Positions 34,887-46,071 of a stretch of 64,000 nucleotides of DNA are shown here, piece after piece. This stretch comes from an uncultured Gemmatimonadota bacterium. GTDB lineage: Bacteria > Gemmatimonadota > Gemmatimonadetes > Palauibacterales > Palauibacteraceae. The notes beneath the pieces are model-generated. The model made no database searches. It was given only the letters and a program-made list of their open reading frames with translations, and was not told the DNA's origin. The stretch lies in contig CAZDZJ010000015.1 in NCBI GenBank assembly GCA_964509895.1, positions 14,983 to 78,982 on the forward strand, written 5' to 3'. The first letter of the stretch is position 1; each line of letters begins with the position of its first letter. Position numbers and translations under genes: made by a program.

Positions 34887-37684
34887 GGTCCCCCTCCCGT
34901 GGCTTCCTTCCCGAACTTGCAGTCGTACCAGTTGCGCCCGATGCCGAGATCGACCCGCAGCGGGACATCCAGTTCGACGGCGCCTTCCATTTCTTCCCGC
35001 ACGACCCGGCCGATCTCCTCGGCGTCGGCTTCCGGAGCCTCGATGAGCAACTCGTCGTGCACCTGGAGGAGCATGTGCGCGTTCGTTCCCGCCAGCCGTT
35101 CGTGCAGCCGGATCATCGACACCTTGATCAGGTCGGCAGCCGACCCCTGAATCGGCGAATTGGTCGCGGTCCGCTCGCCGTAGCCGCGGATTCCCGGGTT
35201 CCTCGATCGGATCTCCGGGATGTAGCGTCGCCGCCCGATGAGAGTCTCGACGTAATTCTGCTCTCGCGCCAGTTCCTTCATCTCCTCGAGGTAGGCCGCA
35301 ACGCCCGCGAAGCGCTCGAAGTATCCGGCGATGAACTCGTGGGCCTCCTCCCGTGAAATGCCCAGCTGCTGGGCGAGCGCAAAGGGACCCTGCCCGTAGA
35401 TGGTGGCGAAGTTGATCGTCTTCGCCTGCTCGCGCATGGTCGGCGAGACGTCCTCCGGCGCGACGGCGAAGATCCGCGCCGCCGTCTCCCGATGGATGTC
35501 ACGCTCGGCCCGGAATGCGGCCACGAACGCCTCGTCGCCCGACAGGTGGGCCATCACGCGCAGTTCGATCTGCGAGTAGTCGGCGCCCACGAACAGGTGG
35601 CCGGGTGCGGCGACGAACCCCTTCCGGATCTCGCGCCCCAGCGCCCGGCGAATGGGGATGTTCTGGAGATTCGGATCCGAAGAGGAGAGGCGGCCCGTCG
35701 CGGCGACGGTCTGGTTGAAGCGCGTGTGGATGCGGCCCTCGGCATCGACCAGCCTCGGCAGCACGCTCACGTAGGTGCCGTCGAGTTTGTCGAGTTCCCG
35801 GTGTTCCAGGATGAGGCGCGGGATCTCGTGACCCAGCGCCGCGAGTTGTTCGAGTACGGACTCGTCCGTCGAGGGACCGGTCTTCGTCTTCTTGAGGACG
35901 GGCAGCGCCAGCTGGTCGAAGAGGAGCGCCCGCATCTGCGGCACCGAGCGGAGGTTGACCTCGGCCCCGGCGATCTTGTGGATCTCCGAGCGCACGGCGT
36001 CGAGGTCGCGGCGCAAGCGGTCGCGCAGATCGGCGAAGAAGCCGAGGTCGATGGCAATCCCGGCCCGCTCCATGCTGGCCAGGACCGCGAGGAGCGGCAT
36101 CTCCAACTCTCGGAAGAGGCGGCCCATCCCTGTGCGCACGAGGTCGGCCTCGTCAACCTTCGCGAGCCGGTGCAGGAGTGCCGCACGGGAACCGGCCCAT
36201 TCCGCGGCGCGCGCGGGTTCGACCGAGGCCAGGGGGAGGCGATTCCGTCCGGTGCCCGTTACCGCGTCGCGCGTCTCGAGCGTGACGCCGAGGCGATCCG
36301 GGCCGAGGGTGCCGAGGGCGCGGTCCCGGCGGGCCGGATCGAGACAGTACGACGAGATCTGCGTATCGAACGATGCTTCGTCATCGAGGCCCCCCGGTTC
36401 GACGCCGTGTCGGCGCAGGAGTTGCGCGGCGTACTTGAGGTCGTGGCCGATCTTCGGCGTGTCGGAGGCGAGCAGTTCGCGGAGGCCGCGCATGGCCGGG
36501 GCGTCCAGCCCCGGCAGGCCGACCGGCTCCCCCGCATCGAAGGCGAGCGTGGGGTTCCCTGCCGCATCGTGCTGGACTTCGGGGGCCCGGTGTCCGAGGG
36601 GCAGGTAGCAGGCGCGGGCGTCCGAGTCCGCGAGCGCCAGGCCGACGAGGTCGGCGCTGAGCGGGTCGTCGGTCCCGCCGGCGACGAAGATCCCGAGGCG
36701 CGGAGCTGCGGCGCACTCGGCCAGCACCTCGCTCAACCGGTCGATGTCAGCCACGACCTCCACCTCGGGAGCGAACCGCTCCGCCTCCGCGACCGGCGCC
36801 TCCAGCTCGCGCAGAAGGTTGTGGAACTCGAGTTCACGGAAGATGGACGCCGCCTTTTCCGCGTCGAGTCCCCGTAAACGCAGGCTTTCGGGATCGAGGC
36901 TGACCGGCGCGTCGGTTCGGATCGTCACCAGCTCCCTGGAGCGCCGTGCGTCATCGGCATGCCGGAGGAGCGCGTTCCTGGCGCGGGCCGCCGTGACCTC
37001 CTCTACCCGCGCCAGGATGGACTCGAGATCGCCGAACCGCCTGATGAGGTCCGGCGCCGTCTTCTTCCCGATCCCGGGAACGCCGGGGACGTTGTCCGAC
37101 GAGTCGCCCAGGAGCGCCAGGAAATCGGTCACGCGCTCGGGCGGCACGCCGAACCGCTCCTCGGCGTTGTCCGGGGTCACCCACACCTGTTCCACTCCCG
37201 CGGGCCCGCCACGGCCCGGGTTGAGCAGCACGGTGTGGTCATCGACGAGCTGATGGAAATCCTTGTCTCCGGAGACGATGACCGTGCGCAGACCCAGACC
37301 CGCGGCCTGCTGCGCCAGGGTCCCGATGACGTCGTCGGCCTCCCACCCCTCCGCCTCGATCACGGGGACGCGGAAGGCATCGAACACGTCCCGACACCTG
37401 GGCAGCGACGCCCGGAGCTCGTCGGGCATCTTCTCCCGCGTGGCCTTGTACTCGGGGTAGACTTCGGTGCGGAAGCTGTCGCCTGCATCGAACGCGACGC
37501 CGAGATAGTCGGGCGCGTGATCGGCGATGAGCCGCATGAGGAAGCGCGCGATTCCGTAGGGGGCGGACGTGTTCTCACCGCTCTTCGTGGTGAGCGGGCG
37601 GTTTATCATGGCGAAGAACGCGCGATAGATGAGCGCGTAGCCGTCGAGCAGGAAGAGCGACGGAGCTTGGCTCGGCATGGCCAT
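34883..37684 (-). CDS. polA: DNA polymerase I
   Basis: 933 aa; 5'-3' exonuclease N-terminus (LFLLDGYALIYRAFFA), polymerase motif B (KTINFATIYG), motif C (QVHDELLIE). Confidence 0.95.
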   Translation of the reverse strand: MAMPSQAPSLFLLDGYALIYRAFFAMINRPLTTKSGENTSAPYGIARFLMRLIADHAPDYLGVAFDAGDSFRTEVYPEYKATREKMPDELRASLPRCRDVFDAFRVPVIEAEGWEADDVIGTLAQQAAGLGLRTVIVSGDKDFHQLVDDHTVLLNPGRGGPAGVEQVWVTPDNAEERFGVPPERVTDFLALLGDSSDNVPGVPGIGKKTAPDLIRRFGDLESILARVEEVTAARARNALLRHADDARRSRELVTIRTDAPVSLDPESLRLRGLDAEKAASIFRELEFHNLLRELEAPVAEAERFAPEVEVVADIDRLSEVLAECAAAPRLGIFVAGGTDDPLSADLVGLALADSDARACYLPLGHRAPEVQHDAAGNPTLAFDAGEPVGLPGLDAPAMRGLRELLASDTPKIGHDLKYAAQLLRRHGVEPGGLDDEASFDTQISSYCLDPARRDRALGTLGPDRLGVTLETRDAVTGTGRNRLPLASVEPARAAEWAGSRAALLHRLAKVDEADLVRTGMGRLFRELEMPLLAVLASMERAGIAIDLGFFADLRDRLRRDLDAVRSEIHKIAGAEVNLRSVPQMRALLFDQLALPVLKKTKTGPSTDESVLEQLAALGHEIPRLILEHRELDKLDGTYVSVLPRLVDAEGRIHTRFNQTVAATGRLSSSDPNLQNIPIRRALGREIRKGFVAAPGHLFVGADYSQIELRVMAHLSGDEAFVAAFRAERDIHRETAARIFAVAPEDVSPTMREQAKTINFATIYGQGPFALAQQLGISREEAHEFIAGYFERFAGVAAYLEEMKELAREQNYVETLIGRRRYIPEIRSRNPGIRGYGERTATNSPIQGSAADLIKVSMIRLHERLAGTNAHMLLQVHDELLIEAPEADAEEIGRVVREEMEGAVELDVPLRVDLGIGRNWYDCKFGKEATGGGP

Positions 37685-37723
37685 GATGTAGGGCCGGGAG
37701 GTGGCTCATGGCAAAGCCCCGGC

Positions 37724-37757
37724 AAAAAAAAGCGCCCCGCCGGGCGAGGCGGGGCGC
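37724..37757 (-). terminator. rho-independent terminator of cspA (hairpin GCGCCCCGCC/GGCGGGGCGC followed by T8 on minus strand)
   Basis: 10-bp GC stem with 6-nt loop immediately followed by eight U on the minus strand, 25 nt after the csp stop. Confidence 0.7.
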
Positions 37758-37781
37758 TTGAGCTCCGGTTGCGGCCTCCGG

Positions 37782-37988
37782 TCAGGCGGTGCGCACCACG
37801 CGGGTCGCGTGCAATCCTTTCTCGCCCTGCGTGAACTCGTAGTCCACTTCCATCCCTTCGGCGAGCGTCTTGTACCCGTCCATGTCTATGGACGAATAGT
37901 GCACGAATACGTCATCGCCGCCGTCGGGCTGCTCGATGAAACCGTACCCCTTGGAGTCGTTGAACCACTTTACCGTACCTGATGGCAT
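37782..37988 (-). CDS. cspA: cold-shock protein, CspA family
   Basis: 68 aa; RNP1/RNP2 motifs GTVKWFNDSKGYGFI and VFVHY. Confidence 0.9.
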   Translation of the reverse strand: MPSGTVKWFNDSKGYGFIEQPDGGDDVFVHYSSIDMDGYKTLAEGMEVDYEFTQGEKGLHATRVVRTA

Positions 37989-38157
37989 CCGGCCTCCTGC
38001 GAAGATCGGTGATGAGTTGCTGCGGGCGTGTCGCGCGGCTGGCCGTGCGTCGTTTTTCGCTCCGCCTGACTCGGGACGAACCTATGCTATGCGGGCGATT
38101 TGAAGCCGTCAACACGGTCCGTGCGGGCTCTTCGCGGGGCTGTCGGAATCGACCTGT

Positions 38158-40542
38158 TCAGGGCCTCGCGGCGGCCAGATCCGGGTACAGGAAGCGGTAG
38201 ATTTCGGCCAGCTCCGTGACCGCACGCACGTACTCCCGGGTCTCCCTGTAGGGGATCCGCTCGACCAGTTGTTCCTCGTCCGAGAACTCGGGGAAATCGC
38301 GCCAGCGCGCGTAGCGGTGTGGGCCGGCGTTGTAGGAGATCATCCCCGCAATATCGAAGCCGTCAAAGCGGCCGAGCACATCAGACAGGTACCGCGTTCC
38401 CAGCATCAGGTTCACCTGGGGAACCGTGAGCTGGTGGCGGCGATAGCCGTCGAGGCCGGCGCGGGCGGCAACGATGCGGGCCGTCTCCGGAAGAAGCTGC
38501 ATGAGACCGATGGCGTTGGCGACCGAGCGGATCTCGGGGTCGAACATGGACTCGCGCCGGGCGAGGCCGGCGACGAAGTGCGGCGGGAGCCCGTTGCGTC
38601 CCGCCGCCTCCACGAGGGCCTCGCGGAAGGGCAGCGGATAGATCGCCTCGAGGAGCGGTCGGGTCCAGCGGCCGCGGATGGCGTGGGCCCGCCAGCCTTC
38701 CCGGATCCCCTCCCGCGTCCAGTGGGCCGCATTGAGCGCGTGGGCGAAGGCGAGGATGGCACCGTAGGCCGATGGCCCGCGCTCGCTGGCCTCGCGGTAT
38801 TCGCGCCGCGCCCGCTCGGGCCAGCCCACTTCGCGCAGCTTGTTCATTCTCCGCAGCGCCGCCGCATGGATGGGATCGAGGTCGGGAATGGGCTCCGCTT
38901 CCACGAGCCCGACCGCGGCCCGCCGGTCCGTGCCCGTTCGCGGCTCCGCCAGGATCGCGTAATAATCGAGCGGACTGTACCGCAGGGCGCGCGCGTAGAA
39001 GGCGCTCGCGGCCTGCGTATCGCCCAGTGCCTCCGCGACCTTGCCGCTCCAATAGATGGCTCCCTGGACCCACCCGCCTTCGGGGTAGCGCTCACGGTAT
39101 TCGGCCAGGAGAGCGCCTGCGTCTTCGTAACGTCCTTCGTGGTACGCGAGGAGGGCGAGCCGCTCCAGCGACCGCGTGCCGTAGCTCGCCTCCGGGAAGG
39201 CGCGGTAGGCGCGCTGGAAGCCTTCGGCCGCGACGTCCGGGCGCCCGGCGTCGTGCTCGAGGTCCGCGAGCAGGTAGGCGGCCCGGGCAGCCACATCTCC
39301 GGAGCCGCGGGCAGCCGTCTCGTGAGCCACCGCGGCATCGCCGTGGCGGCCGAGGGCCCGGTAGACGTTCGAGGCGAGCATCCAGAGCGACGCCCGGGGC
39401 GCGGTGACGGAGGCGGGATCCGCCGTCCACGGAGCCAGCGTCTCCGCCGCGCGCGCCGGATCGCCGAGTGCCATGTAGGCGGAAGCCAGCGACTCCGCGA
39501 TGCCGGGACGTTCCGCCGCCGGGGCCGTTTCGAGCGCCTCGGCCAGGTAACCGGCGCCGCGGGCATGACGGCGGGCGCGCATGTCGGAGCGGCCGACATC
39601 GCGCAGCGTACGCCAGGAGCGCGTGAGCCCGAGAAGCGCCGGACCCGTGTCCAGAGTCTGAAGGTTCCGCCCGATCGCGGCCTCGAAGGCCGCCACCGCC
39701 GAGGCGGTGTCTCCGGCGGCGAGATAGTGCGGACCGAGGTGCCGGGCGGCGAGGATGTTCCGGACCCCCCTGCCGGCGCGGCTGGCCAGCGCGGCCCCCC
39801 GTTCCGGTTCATCGAGCTTGAAGGCGAGACGCGCGGCGGGCAGTAGCGCGGAGTCCGCGGGTACCCGCGCCTCCCGCACAATCGAGTCCGCGAGGGCGAA
39901 GGCGTCCCGGTCTTCGGCCTCCGCCAGCGCGTAGAGGCGCGAGAGCCGCAGCCACGGTGTGAGTTCCGGGTGTTCCCGCTCGGCGAGGGCGAACTGGTCC
40001 CGCGCCTCGTGCCAGTAGTACCGCCGGTTGGACACGCGGGCGTACGCCACGCGCGCGCTGAGCGGAGGTGTCCCGTCGACCGCGTCGAGGTACGCACGAA
40101 AGTGCGCGGCGGAGCGCGTCACGCTATCGAGTCCCGCGTACGCCCGCGCCAGGAGCGACATGGCCTGCGTCCGGGCTGCAGGGGTCGAGACTTCCCGGTC
40201 CGAGAGGAGACCCCGCACGGAACGCCACGCCCGCTGCTCTGCGAAGGCGCGTGCCGCCAGGAGCAACGCCTCGTCGCCCTTCACCTTGCCAGCGGCCAGT
40301 TCGCGCGCCAACAGGGTCGACGCGGACACCGGCATCCGCGCGTCGAGGAGTCGTCGGGCCCGCTCGAGCACATCCGGGTCCGGGGTCGCGGCGACGACCG
40401 GGTCGCGCCCGGAGGCGGGCGTTCCCGTCACCGCCTGCGCGGCAAGCGCCGGTACCGTGGCGAGCGTCAGGAGCGACCCCAGCCACGGACCGCGTACACG
40501 AGGAATGCGCCGGATGCGCTGGATGCACCTCTGAGCATGCAC
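38158..40542 (-). CDS. soluble lytic murein transglycosylase (Slt70-type: superhelical TPR-like N-domain + SLT domain)
   Basis: C-terminal SLT domain ARRESMFDPEIRSVANAIGLMQLLPETA...YNAGP; probable GTG start giving signal peptide (M)HAQRCIQRIRRIPRVRGPWLGSLLTLATVPALAAQA; track ORF start 40725 is likely too far upstream. Confidence 0.8.
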   Translation of the reverse strand: MHAQRCIQRIRRIPRVRGPWLGSLLTLATVPALAAQAVTGTPASGRDPVVAATPDPDVLERARRLLDARMPVSASTLLARELAAGKVKGDEALLLAARAFAEQRAWRSVRGLLSDREVSTPAARTQAMSLLARAYAGLDSVTRSAAHFRAYLDAVDGTPPLSARVAYARVSNRRYYWHEARDQFALAEREHPELTPWLRLSRLYALAEAEDRDAFALADSIVREARVPADSALLPAARLAFKLDEPERGAALASRAGRGVRNILAARHLGPHYLAAGDTASAVAAFEAAIGRNLQTLDTGPALLGLTRSWRTLRDVGRSDMRARRHARGAGYLAEALETAPAAERPGIAESLASAYMALGDPARAAETLAPWTADPASVTAPRASLWMLASNVYRALGRHGDAAVAHETAARGSGDVAARAAYLLADLEHDAGRPDVAAEGFQRAYRAFPEASYGTRSLERLALLAYHEGRYEDAGALLAEYRERYPEGGWVQGAIYWSGKVAEALGDTQAASAFYARALRYSPLDYYAILAEPRTGTDRRAAVGLVEAEPIPDLDPIHAAALRRMNKLREVGWPERARREYREASERGPSAYGAILAFAHALNAAHWTREGIREGWRAHAIRGRWTRPLLEAIYPLPFREALVEAAGRNGLPPHFVAGLARRESMFDPEIRSVANAIGLMQLLPETARIVAARAGLDGYRRHQLTVPQVNLMLGTRYLSDVLGRFDGFDIAGMISYNAGPHRYARWRDFPEFSDEEQLVERIPYRETREYVRAVTELAEIYRFLYPDLAAARP

Positions 40543-40745
40543 AGGAAGGCCTCCTTCCACGTCGTCCCCACCCCGATCCGGTTCGGACCCGGCCGACGGT
40601 CCGACCCCAAACTTCGATCTTCCGATGGGCTCCATGCAAGCGGGGGGCCTCCACAGCCCCAAAAAGAAACGGCCCGCCGAGGTGGCGGGCCGCTTGCTTC
40701 CGGTCCGTCGCACGCGCCGGGGCACGGCCCCGGCAACCGGTTCCT

Positions 40746-41420
40746 CTAGGCGGCCGCGCGCTCGTGCAGGGCGTCGATGAGGCGCTGGGCGCTCTCTTCC
40801 ATGTCGATGACCAGTCGGTCGATCTTCGTCACGAAGTAGTTGTGGAAGATGTTGATCGGAATCGCGATCGTGAGACCCGTGGCCGTCGTGATAAGGGCGA
40901 CCTTGATCCCGCCGGCCACCAGCGTGGCTTCGACCTCGCCCGCGATCTCGATCGCCTGGAAGGCCTGGATCATCCCGATCACGGTCCCGAGGAAGCCGAG
41001 AAGCGGAGCGACGTTCGAAAGCGTCGCGAGCCAGACGAGTCCCTTCTCGAGGCCGGCCACTTCGATGGCGCCCGCGTTCTCGATCGCCTGCGTCGCACGG
41101 TCCGTCCCCTCGTGATACCGGGAGAGCCCGGCGCTGAGGACGTTGCCCGCCGGCGCGCCGGACTCGGTGCAGACTTCGAGCGCATCATCGAGCCTGCCGG
41201 CAGCGATCTGCTCGTCGGCTTCCTGCAGGACCTTCTTGTTCTTCCCGCCCTTCAACTGCAGGTCCACCAACTTGTAGAGGATGATCAGGATGCCGAACCC
41301 GAGTGCCGCTCCGAGTGGCCACATCATGAAGCCGCCCGCGACCCAGATCTCCCCGAGGTTGAGTGACTGGCCTTCACCCAGCCTCAGTGTCTCCTGAAAC
41401 CAGAGTATCGACGCGATCAA
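40746..41420 (-). CDS. MotA/TolQ/ExbB proton-channel family protein (no adjacent ExbD/TolR/MotB partner)
   Basis: 224 aa, 3 TM helices with the conserved C-terminal TM pair (LSNVAPLLGFLGTVIGMIQAF ... TGLTIAIPINIFHNYF). Confidence 0.8.
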   Translation of the reverse strand: MIASILWFQETLRLGEGQSLNLGEIWVAGGFMMWPLGAALGFGILIILYKLVDLQLKGGKNKKVLQEADEQIAAGRLDDALEVCTESGAPAGNVLSAGLSRYHEGTDRATQAIENAGAIEVAGLEKGLVWLATLSNVAPLLGFLGTVIGMIQAFQAIEIAGEVEATLVAGGIKVALITTATGLTIAIPINIFHNYFVTKIDRLVIDMEESAQRLIDALHERAAA

Positions 41421-41528
41421 GGTGGTCCTCCCGGGTAAGGTTCATCGACTGATCGAACTCGTAATCCTTCCGCGCACGCATGCGCTGGAGTGCGAGCGGA
41501 ACCAAGCTAGAAGCGGCCTGCGGGGCCG

Positions 41529-42380
41529 TCAAGCGCGCCGGGAGGGCCGTTCGCGGTGCCAAAGCCAGGCGCCCGAGCGATGCACGCGCTCGTACCGGGT
41601 CGCCAGGCGAGTCAGAATCGAAGAGGTGGGGGGAGTCGCCGTGGCGGCGTGCGTTCCGAACGCGGCGGCGACGCTGTTCACAAGGCACACGACCACGGCG
41701 CGCGGATCCGGCATCGGGTCGAGCAGCTCGTTCAGGCCGATCGCGGGTCCCTTCCGGGCGGACGGCGATGCGAAGTCCTCGTTCGTCCCCGCGCCGCGGT
41801 CCAGATCACCGAACTCCTGTCGGTCTTCGAGGAGGATGGATCCGTGCTGAAGCACGCTCCCCCGCCGGCGGCACTGGGCGCTGCCCACGAGCTTTCGTCC
41901 GCGGACCGTGAGTTCACCGGGGGCAGGGTCCCGGAAGCAGCTCGCAGCGGAGAGTCCGACGGCCTCCGCGCGGCTCGATTCCCTGGCAGCGTCCGATCCG
42001 CCGGCACCTTCGGGAGTCCGGTCATCAAGGGGCACCCCCAGCGAGCGGAGTCCGTACGCCAGTGCGCGGTGAACGGTCCGCAGTACGGCGCGCGGCCCAC
42101 CCCAGTCGCGGACGGGACACGCGAGTGCGTAGGTGATTTCGGGCCCGTGAAAAACGGCGCGGCCGCCGGTGGGTCGCCGCACGGCTTCCACCCCCGCCCG
42201 AATGTCCTTCGCGGGGCGGCCGAGCAACCGTTCGGGAGCCACCTGGTGCCGCCCCAGGGACAGGCACCATGGCTCCCAGCCATAGAATCGGAGGAGGGTC
42301 GGGCCGTTCGCGGCATGTTCGAGCATCGCCTCGTCCACGGCCATGTTTCGTGCCCCGTCCGCCACGGCATAGGGGAGCAC
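41529..42380 (-). CDS. lipoate-protein ligase / octanoyltransferase family protein (BPL_LplA_LipB domain)
   Basis: RFYGWEPWCLSLGRHQ and KLVGSAQ (catalytic Lys) motifs; start uncertain (track start 42524 adds Arg-rich junk; likely near VLPYAVADGARNMAVDEAML). Confidence 0.6.
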   Translation of the reverse strand: MLPYAVADGARNMAVDEAMLEHAANGPTLLRFYGWEPWCLSLGRHQVAPERLLGRPAKDIRAGVEAVRRPTGGRAVFHGPEITYALACPVRDWGGPRAVLRTVHRALAYGLRSLGVPLDDRTPEGAGGSDAARESSRAEAVGLSAASCFRDPAPGELTVRGRKLVGSAQCRRRGSVLQHGSILLEDRQEFGDLDRGAGTNEDFASPSARKGPAIGLNELLDPMPDPRAVVVCLVNSVAAAFGTHAATATPPTSSILTRLATRYERVHRSGAWLWHRERPSRRA

Positions 42381-42424
42381 GATGCACGGAGACCCCCCGG
42401 ACCGGGAACGGGCACGCCGCGCGG

Positions 42425-43117
42425 TCACAACTCGAGGGCCTCTCCGGGTTCGAGGATGACGACCTCCGCCGTGTCGCCCACGGCATCCACGAAGCGCCGC
42501 GGGTCGACATCGATGAGTTCCCACGTACCGTAGTGGTTCGGAACCGCGATCCGCGGTTCGATCATCCGGATCGCGCGCGCCGCGTCCTCCGGCCCCATGG
42601 TGAAGTTGTCGCCGATCGGCACCAGCGCCACGTCCACTTCCCCGTTCAGAAGCTCCATGTCGCGCGTGAGTGCGGTGTCCCCCGCGTGGTAGACGCGCGT
42701 GCCGTCCACGGTGAGGAGGAGGCCGGCCGGCGTCGTGGTGTACGCCTCCGCCCCCGGCGCGTCGATCTTCCCGCCGTGGATCGCCACCGTGAGCTTCACG
42801 CGCCCGAAGGGGAACTCGTGGGCGCCGCCGATGTGCATCGGGTGCGCGTTCTCGTGGCCCTGCACCTCGCCGGCGTACGCCACGATCTCATACGTCGCGA
42901 TGAGTTTCGCGTTCGTCGCCTCGAGGATGTCCCACGTGTCCGCGATATGATCGCCGTGCCCGTGGGTGAGGAGGAGATAGTCGAGCCGGTCGGTGAAGTG
43001 CTCCGGGCCGACATCCGCCACGGGGTTCCCGGCAAGGAACGGGTCGATGAGGATGCGCGTTCCGTCCGCGGTTTCGATCTCGTAACAACTCTGGCCGTGA
43101 AAGACGAGTCGTGCCAT
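42425..43117 (-). CDS. metal-dependent hydrolase, MBL fold (UPF0173 family)
   Basis: Start at internal Met MARLVFHGQSCYEIE; HxHxDH motif LLTHGHGDHI. Confidence 0.7.
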   Translation of the reverse strand: MARLVFHGQSCYEIETADGTRILIDPFLAGNPVADVGPEHFTDRLDYLLLTHGHGDHIADTWDILEATNAKLIATYEIVAYAGEVQGHENAHPMHIGGAHEFPFGRVKLTVAIHGGKIDAPGAEAYTTTPAGLLLTVDGTRVYHAGDTALTRDMELLNGEVDVALVPIGDNFTMGPEDAARAIRMIEPRIAVPNHYGTWELIDVDPRRFVDAVGDTAEVVILEPGEALEL

Positions 43118-43148
43118 CCGATTCCCTCCTGACCCGGAGCGGCCCGAT

Positions 43149-46055
43149 CTATACGGGCGCCGTCTCCGCGGTCTCCGTTTCGTAGCTCTCGATCGGCGGG
43201 CAGGCACAGACCAGGTTCCGGTCCCCGTACGCATTGTTCACGCGGCGCACGGGCGGCCAGAACTTCCACTCCCGGGTCGAAGGCGCCGGCCAGGCCGCTT
43301 CGCGCCGCGTGTAGGCGTGGTCCCACTCGTCCGCCGTGACCATCTCCGCCGTGTGGGGCGCGTTCTTCAGGGGGTTGTCCTTCGGGTCCAGGATGCCCAG
43401 CCCGATGCGCCGGATCTCGTCGCGAATCGAGATCAGGGCGTCGACGAGCCGGTCCAGTTCCCGTCTGGACTCGCTCTCGGTCGGCTCGATCATGATCGTG
43501 CCCGCGACGGGGAAGGACATGGTGGGCGCGTGGAATCCGTAGTCCATGAGGCGCTTCGCCACATCCTCGTCCGTCACCCCCGTGCCGCGCCGGAGCGGCC
43601 GCAGGTCGAGGATGAACTCGTGCGCGACCCGACCGTTCTCGCCCCGGTAGAGGACCTCGAAGTGCTCGCTGAGGCGGCTGGCCATGTAGTTCGCGTTGAG
43701 CACGGCGACTTCGGTCGCGGCCCGAACCCCTTCGCGGCCGAGCATGGCGATATAGGCCCAGGAGATGAGGAGAATCGAGGCGCTCCCCCACGGCGCCGCG
43801 GAGACCGGGGGGATCGCCGCCTCGCCGCCGACATCCACGAGCGGGTGTCCCGGAAGGTACGGGGCGAGCTCGTCGGTCACGCAGATCGGACCCATCCCCG
43901 GCCCTCCGCCCCCGTGTGGGATCGCGAAGGTCTTGTGCAGGTTGATGTGAATCACGTCGGCGCCATAGTCGCCCGGCCGGCAGAGGCCGACCTGGGCGTT
44001 GAGGTTGGCGCCATCGAGATATACGAGACCCCCGTGCTCGTGCACGATCCCCGTCACCTCCCGGATGGCGGACTCGAACACCCCGTGGGTCGACGGATAG
44101 GTGATCATCGTGGCGGCGAGCCGGTCGGCATGTTTCTCCGCCTTCGCGCGCAGATCCTCGACGTCGATGTTCCCGTTCTCGTCGCAGCGGACCACGACGA
44201 CCTTCATCCCCGCCATCACCGCGCTCGCCGGGTTCGTCCCGTGCGCGGACGATGGAATGAGGCACACATCCCGGTGCCCCTCGCCCCGGTCCTCGTGGCG
44301 GGCCGCGATGACGAGCAGGCCCGTGTACTCGCCCTGCGCGCCTGAATTCGGCTGCAGCGAGCAGGCGGGGAGTCCGCTCATCTCGCAGAGCCACCTCTCG
44401 AGGTCGTCGAACAGGCGCCGATACCCCTCCGCCTGGTCCACTGGGGCGAACGGGTGCAGTGATCCGAACTCCGGCCACGTGACCGGGATCATCTCCGAGG
44501 TCGCGTTGAGTTTCATCGTGCATGATCCGAGCGGGATCATGCTCGTGTTCAGCGACAGGTCGCGGGTTTCCAGCCGGTGGATGTACCGCAGCATCTCGGT
44601 CTCGGAGTGGTACCGGTTGAAGACGGGATGCTCGAGATAGCCCGACGTGCGCGCGAGTGCCGCCGGATACCCGGGCTCCGGCGCATCCGCAACGGTTTCC
44701 GAGGCGTCCGCTCCCGGCACCCCCTCGCCCCGGAAGATCGCGAGCAGGTCTTCGAGGTCCTCGCCCCGCACCGTCTCGTCGAGCGCGATCCCCACGGTTC
44801 CATCCTCGAAGTCCCGCAGGTTGATGCCGCGCTCGTGTGCCCTGGCAAGGATGTCGGCTGAGGTGAAGCCCGACGGGATGACCTGCAGCGTGTCGAAGAA
44901 CTGCTCGTGCACGATCGTATGACCGAGCCGCTCGAGTCCGCGTGCCAGAGCCCATGTCAGCTTCCGCACGCGGGTGGCGATGTCCCGGATACCCTGCGGA
45001 CCGTGATACACGGCGTACATCCCGGCCATGATCGCGAGCAGCACCTGGGCCGTGCAGATGTTCGATGTCGCCTTCTCGCGCCGGATGTGCTGCTCACGCG
45101 TCTGCAGGGCCATCCGGAGCGCGGGGTTTCCATCCGCGTCGACCGAGACGCCGATGATCCGCCCGGGCAGCTTTCGCTTGAACTCGTCCGTGGCGGCGAG
45201 GTAGGCGGCGTGTGGCCCGCCGTAGCCCATGGGGACGCCGAAGCGCTGCGAGTTGCCCACCGCGATGTCCGCCCCGAACTCGCCCGGCGGCACCAGCAGG
45301 GCCAGGGCGAGAAGATCGGCCGCGACCGCGACGCCGGCCCCCTGCTGGTGGAGGGCGTCGCACAGACGCCGATAGTCGAGGACGGCGCCCTCCGTGGTCG
45401 GGTACTGCAGGAGTGCCCCAAAGGCGTCGTCCGGATCGTGCGCGGCGATGTCGCCGTGCTGGAAAAGCCGGACCTGGATTCCGAGCGGATGGGCGCGGCC
45501 GCGCACCACGGCAACGGTCTGGGGATGGCAGGCCTCGGAAACGAGAAAGACGTTTCGCTGATCGCCGCCCCTGCTCCCCCAGAGCATCTGCATGGCTTCC
45601 GCCGCGGCCGTACCCTCGTCCAGGAGGGAGGCGTTCGCGATCGGCAGGCCGGTGAGGTCGATGACTGTCGTCTGGAAGTTCAGCAGGGCTTCGAGGCGGC
45701 CCTGCGAGATCTCCGCCTGATAGGGTGTATACTGTGTATACCAGCCGGGATTCTCCAGGATGTTCCGGAGGATGACGCCCGGTGTCAGCGTTCCGTGGTA
45801 CCCGAGGCCGAGATAGGAGCGGAAGGGGCGATTGAGGCGGGCCAGTTCGCCGGCGCGATCGAGGAGTCGTCGCTCGCTGATCGCGTCGGGCAGATCCAGG
45901 TCGCGGAGGAGGCGAATGGGTGCCGGCACGGTTTCCTCGATGAGTTCTTCGAGGCTCCCCACGCCGACCGCCCCCAGCATCTCCTCCATGTCGGAGGGCG
46001 TCGGTCCGATATGGCGTCCGGCGAACTCGCCGGAAGGCTCCATCTCCAGCTGCAT
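43149..46055 (-). CDS. gcvP: glycine dehydrogenase (decarboxylating), glycine cleavage system P protein (single-chain form)
   Basis: 968 aa; N-terminal FAGRHIGP, two PLP-dependent halves. Confidence 0.95.
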   Translation of the reverse strand: MQLEMEPSGEFAGRHIGPTPSDMEEMLGAVGVGSLEELIEETVPAPIRLLRDLDLPDAISERRLLDRAGELARLNRPFRSYLGLGYHGTLTPGVILRNILENPGWYTQYTPYQAEISQGRLEALLNFQTTVIDLTGLPIANASLLDEGTAAAEAMQMLWGSRGGDQRNVFLVSEACHPQTVAVVRGRAHPLGIQVRLFQHGDIAAHDPDDAFGALLQYPTTEGAVLDYRRLCDALHQQGAGVAVAADLLALALLVPPGEFGADIAVGNSQRFGVPMGYGGPHAAYLAATDEFKRKLPGRIIGVSVDADGNPALRMALQTREQHIRREKATSNICTAQVLLAIMAGMYAVYHGPQGIRDIATRVRKLTWALARGLERLGHTIVHEQFFDTLQVIPSGFTSADILARAHERGINLRDFEDGTVGIALDETVRGEDLEDLLAIFRGEGVPGADASETVADAPEPGYPAALARTSGYLEHPVFNRYHSETEMLRYIHRLETRDLSLNTSMIPLGSCTMKLNATSEMIPVTWPEFGSLHPFAPVDQAEGYRRLFDDLERWLCEMSGLPACSLQPNSGAQGEYTGLLVIAARHEDRGEGHRDVCLIPSSAHGTNPASAVMAGMKVVVVRCDENGNIDVEDLRAKAEKHADRLAATMITYPSTHGVFESAIREVTGIVHEHGGLVYLDGANLNAQVGLCRPGDYGADVIHINLHKTFAIPHGGGGPGMGPICVTDELAPYLPGHPLVDVGGEAAIPPVSAAPWGSASILLISWAYIAMLGREGVRAATEVAVLNANYMASRLSEHFEVLYRGENGRVAHEFILDLRPLRRGTGVTDEDVAKRLMDYGFHAPTMSFPVAGTIMIEPTESESRRELDRLVDALISIRDEIRRIGLGILDPKDNPLKNAPHTAEMVTADEWDHAYTRREAAWPAPSTREWKFWPPVRRVNNAYGDRNLVCACPPIESYETETAETAPV

Positions 46056-46071
46056 GTTCAGAGGCCTGCAG

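Noticed and set aside
40746-41420. Zorya (ZorA) anti-phage stator
   Set aside because: Protein is only 224 aa with standard ExbB/TolQ topology and lacks the long ZorA C-terminal tail and ZorB-D neighbours
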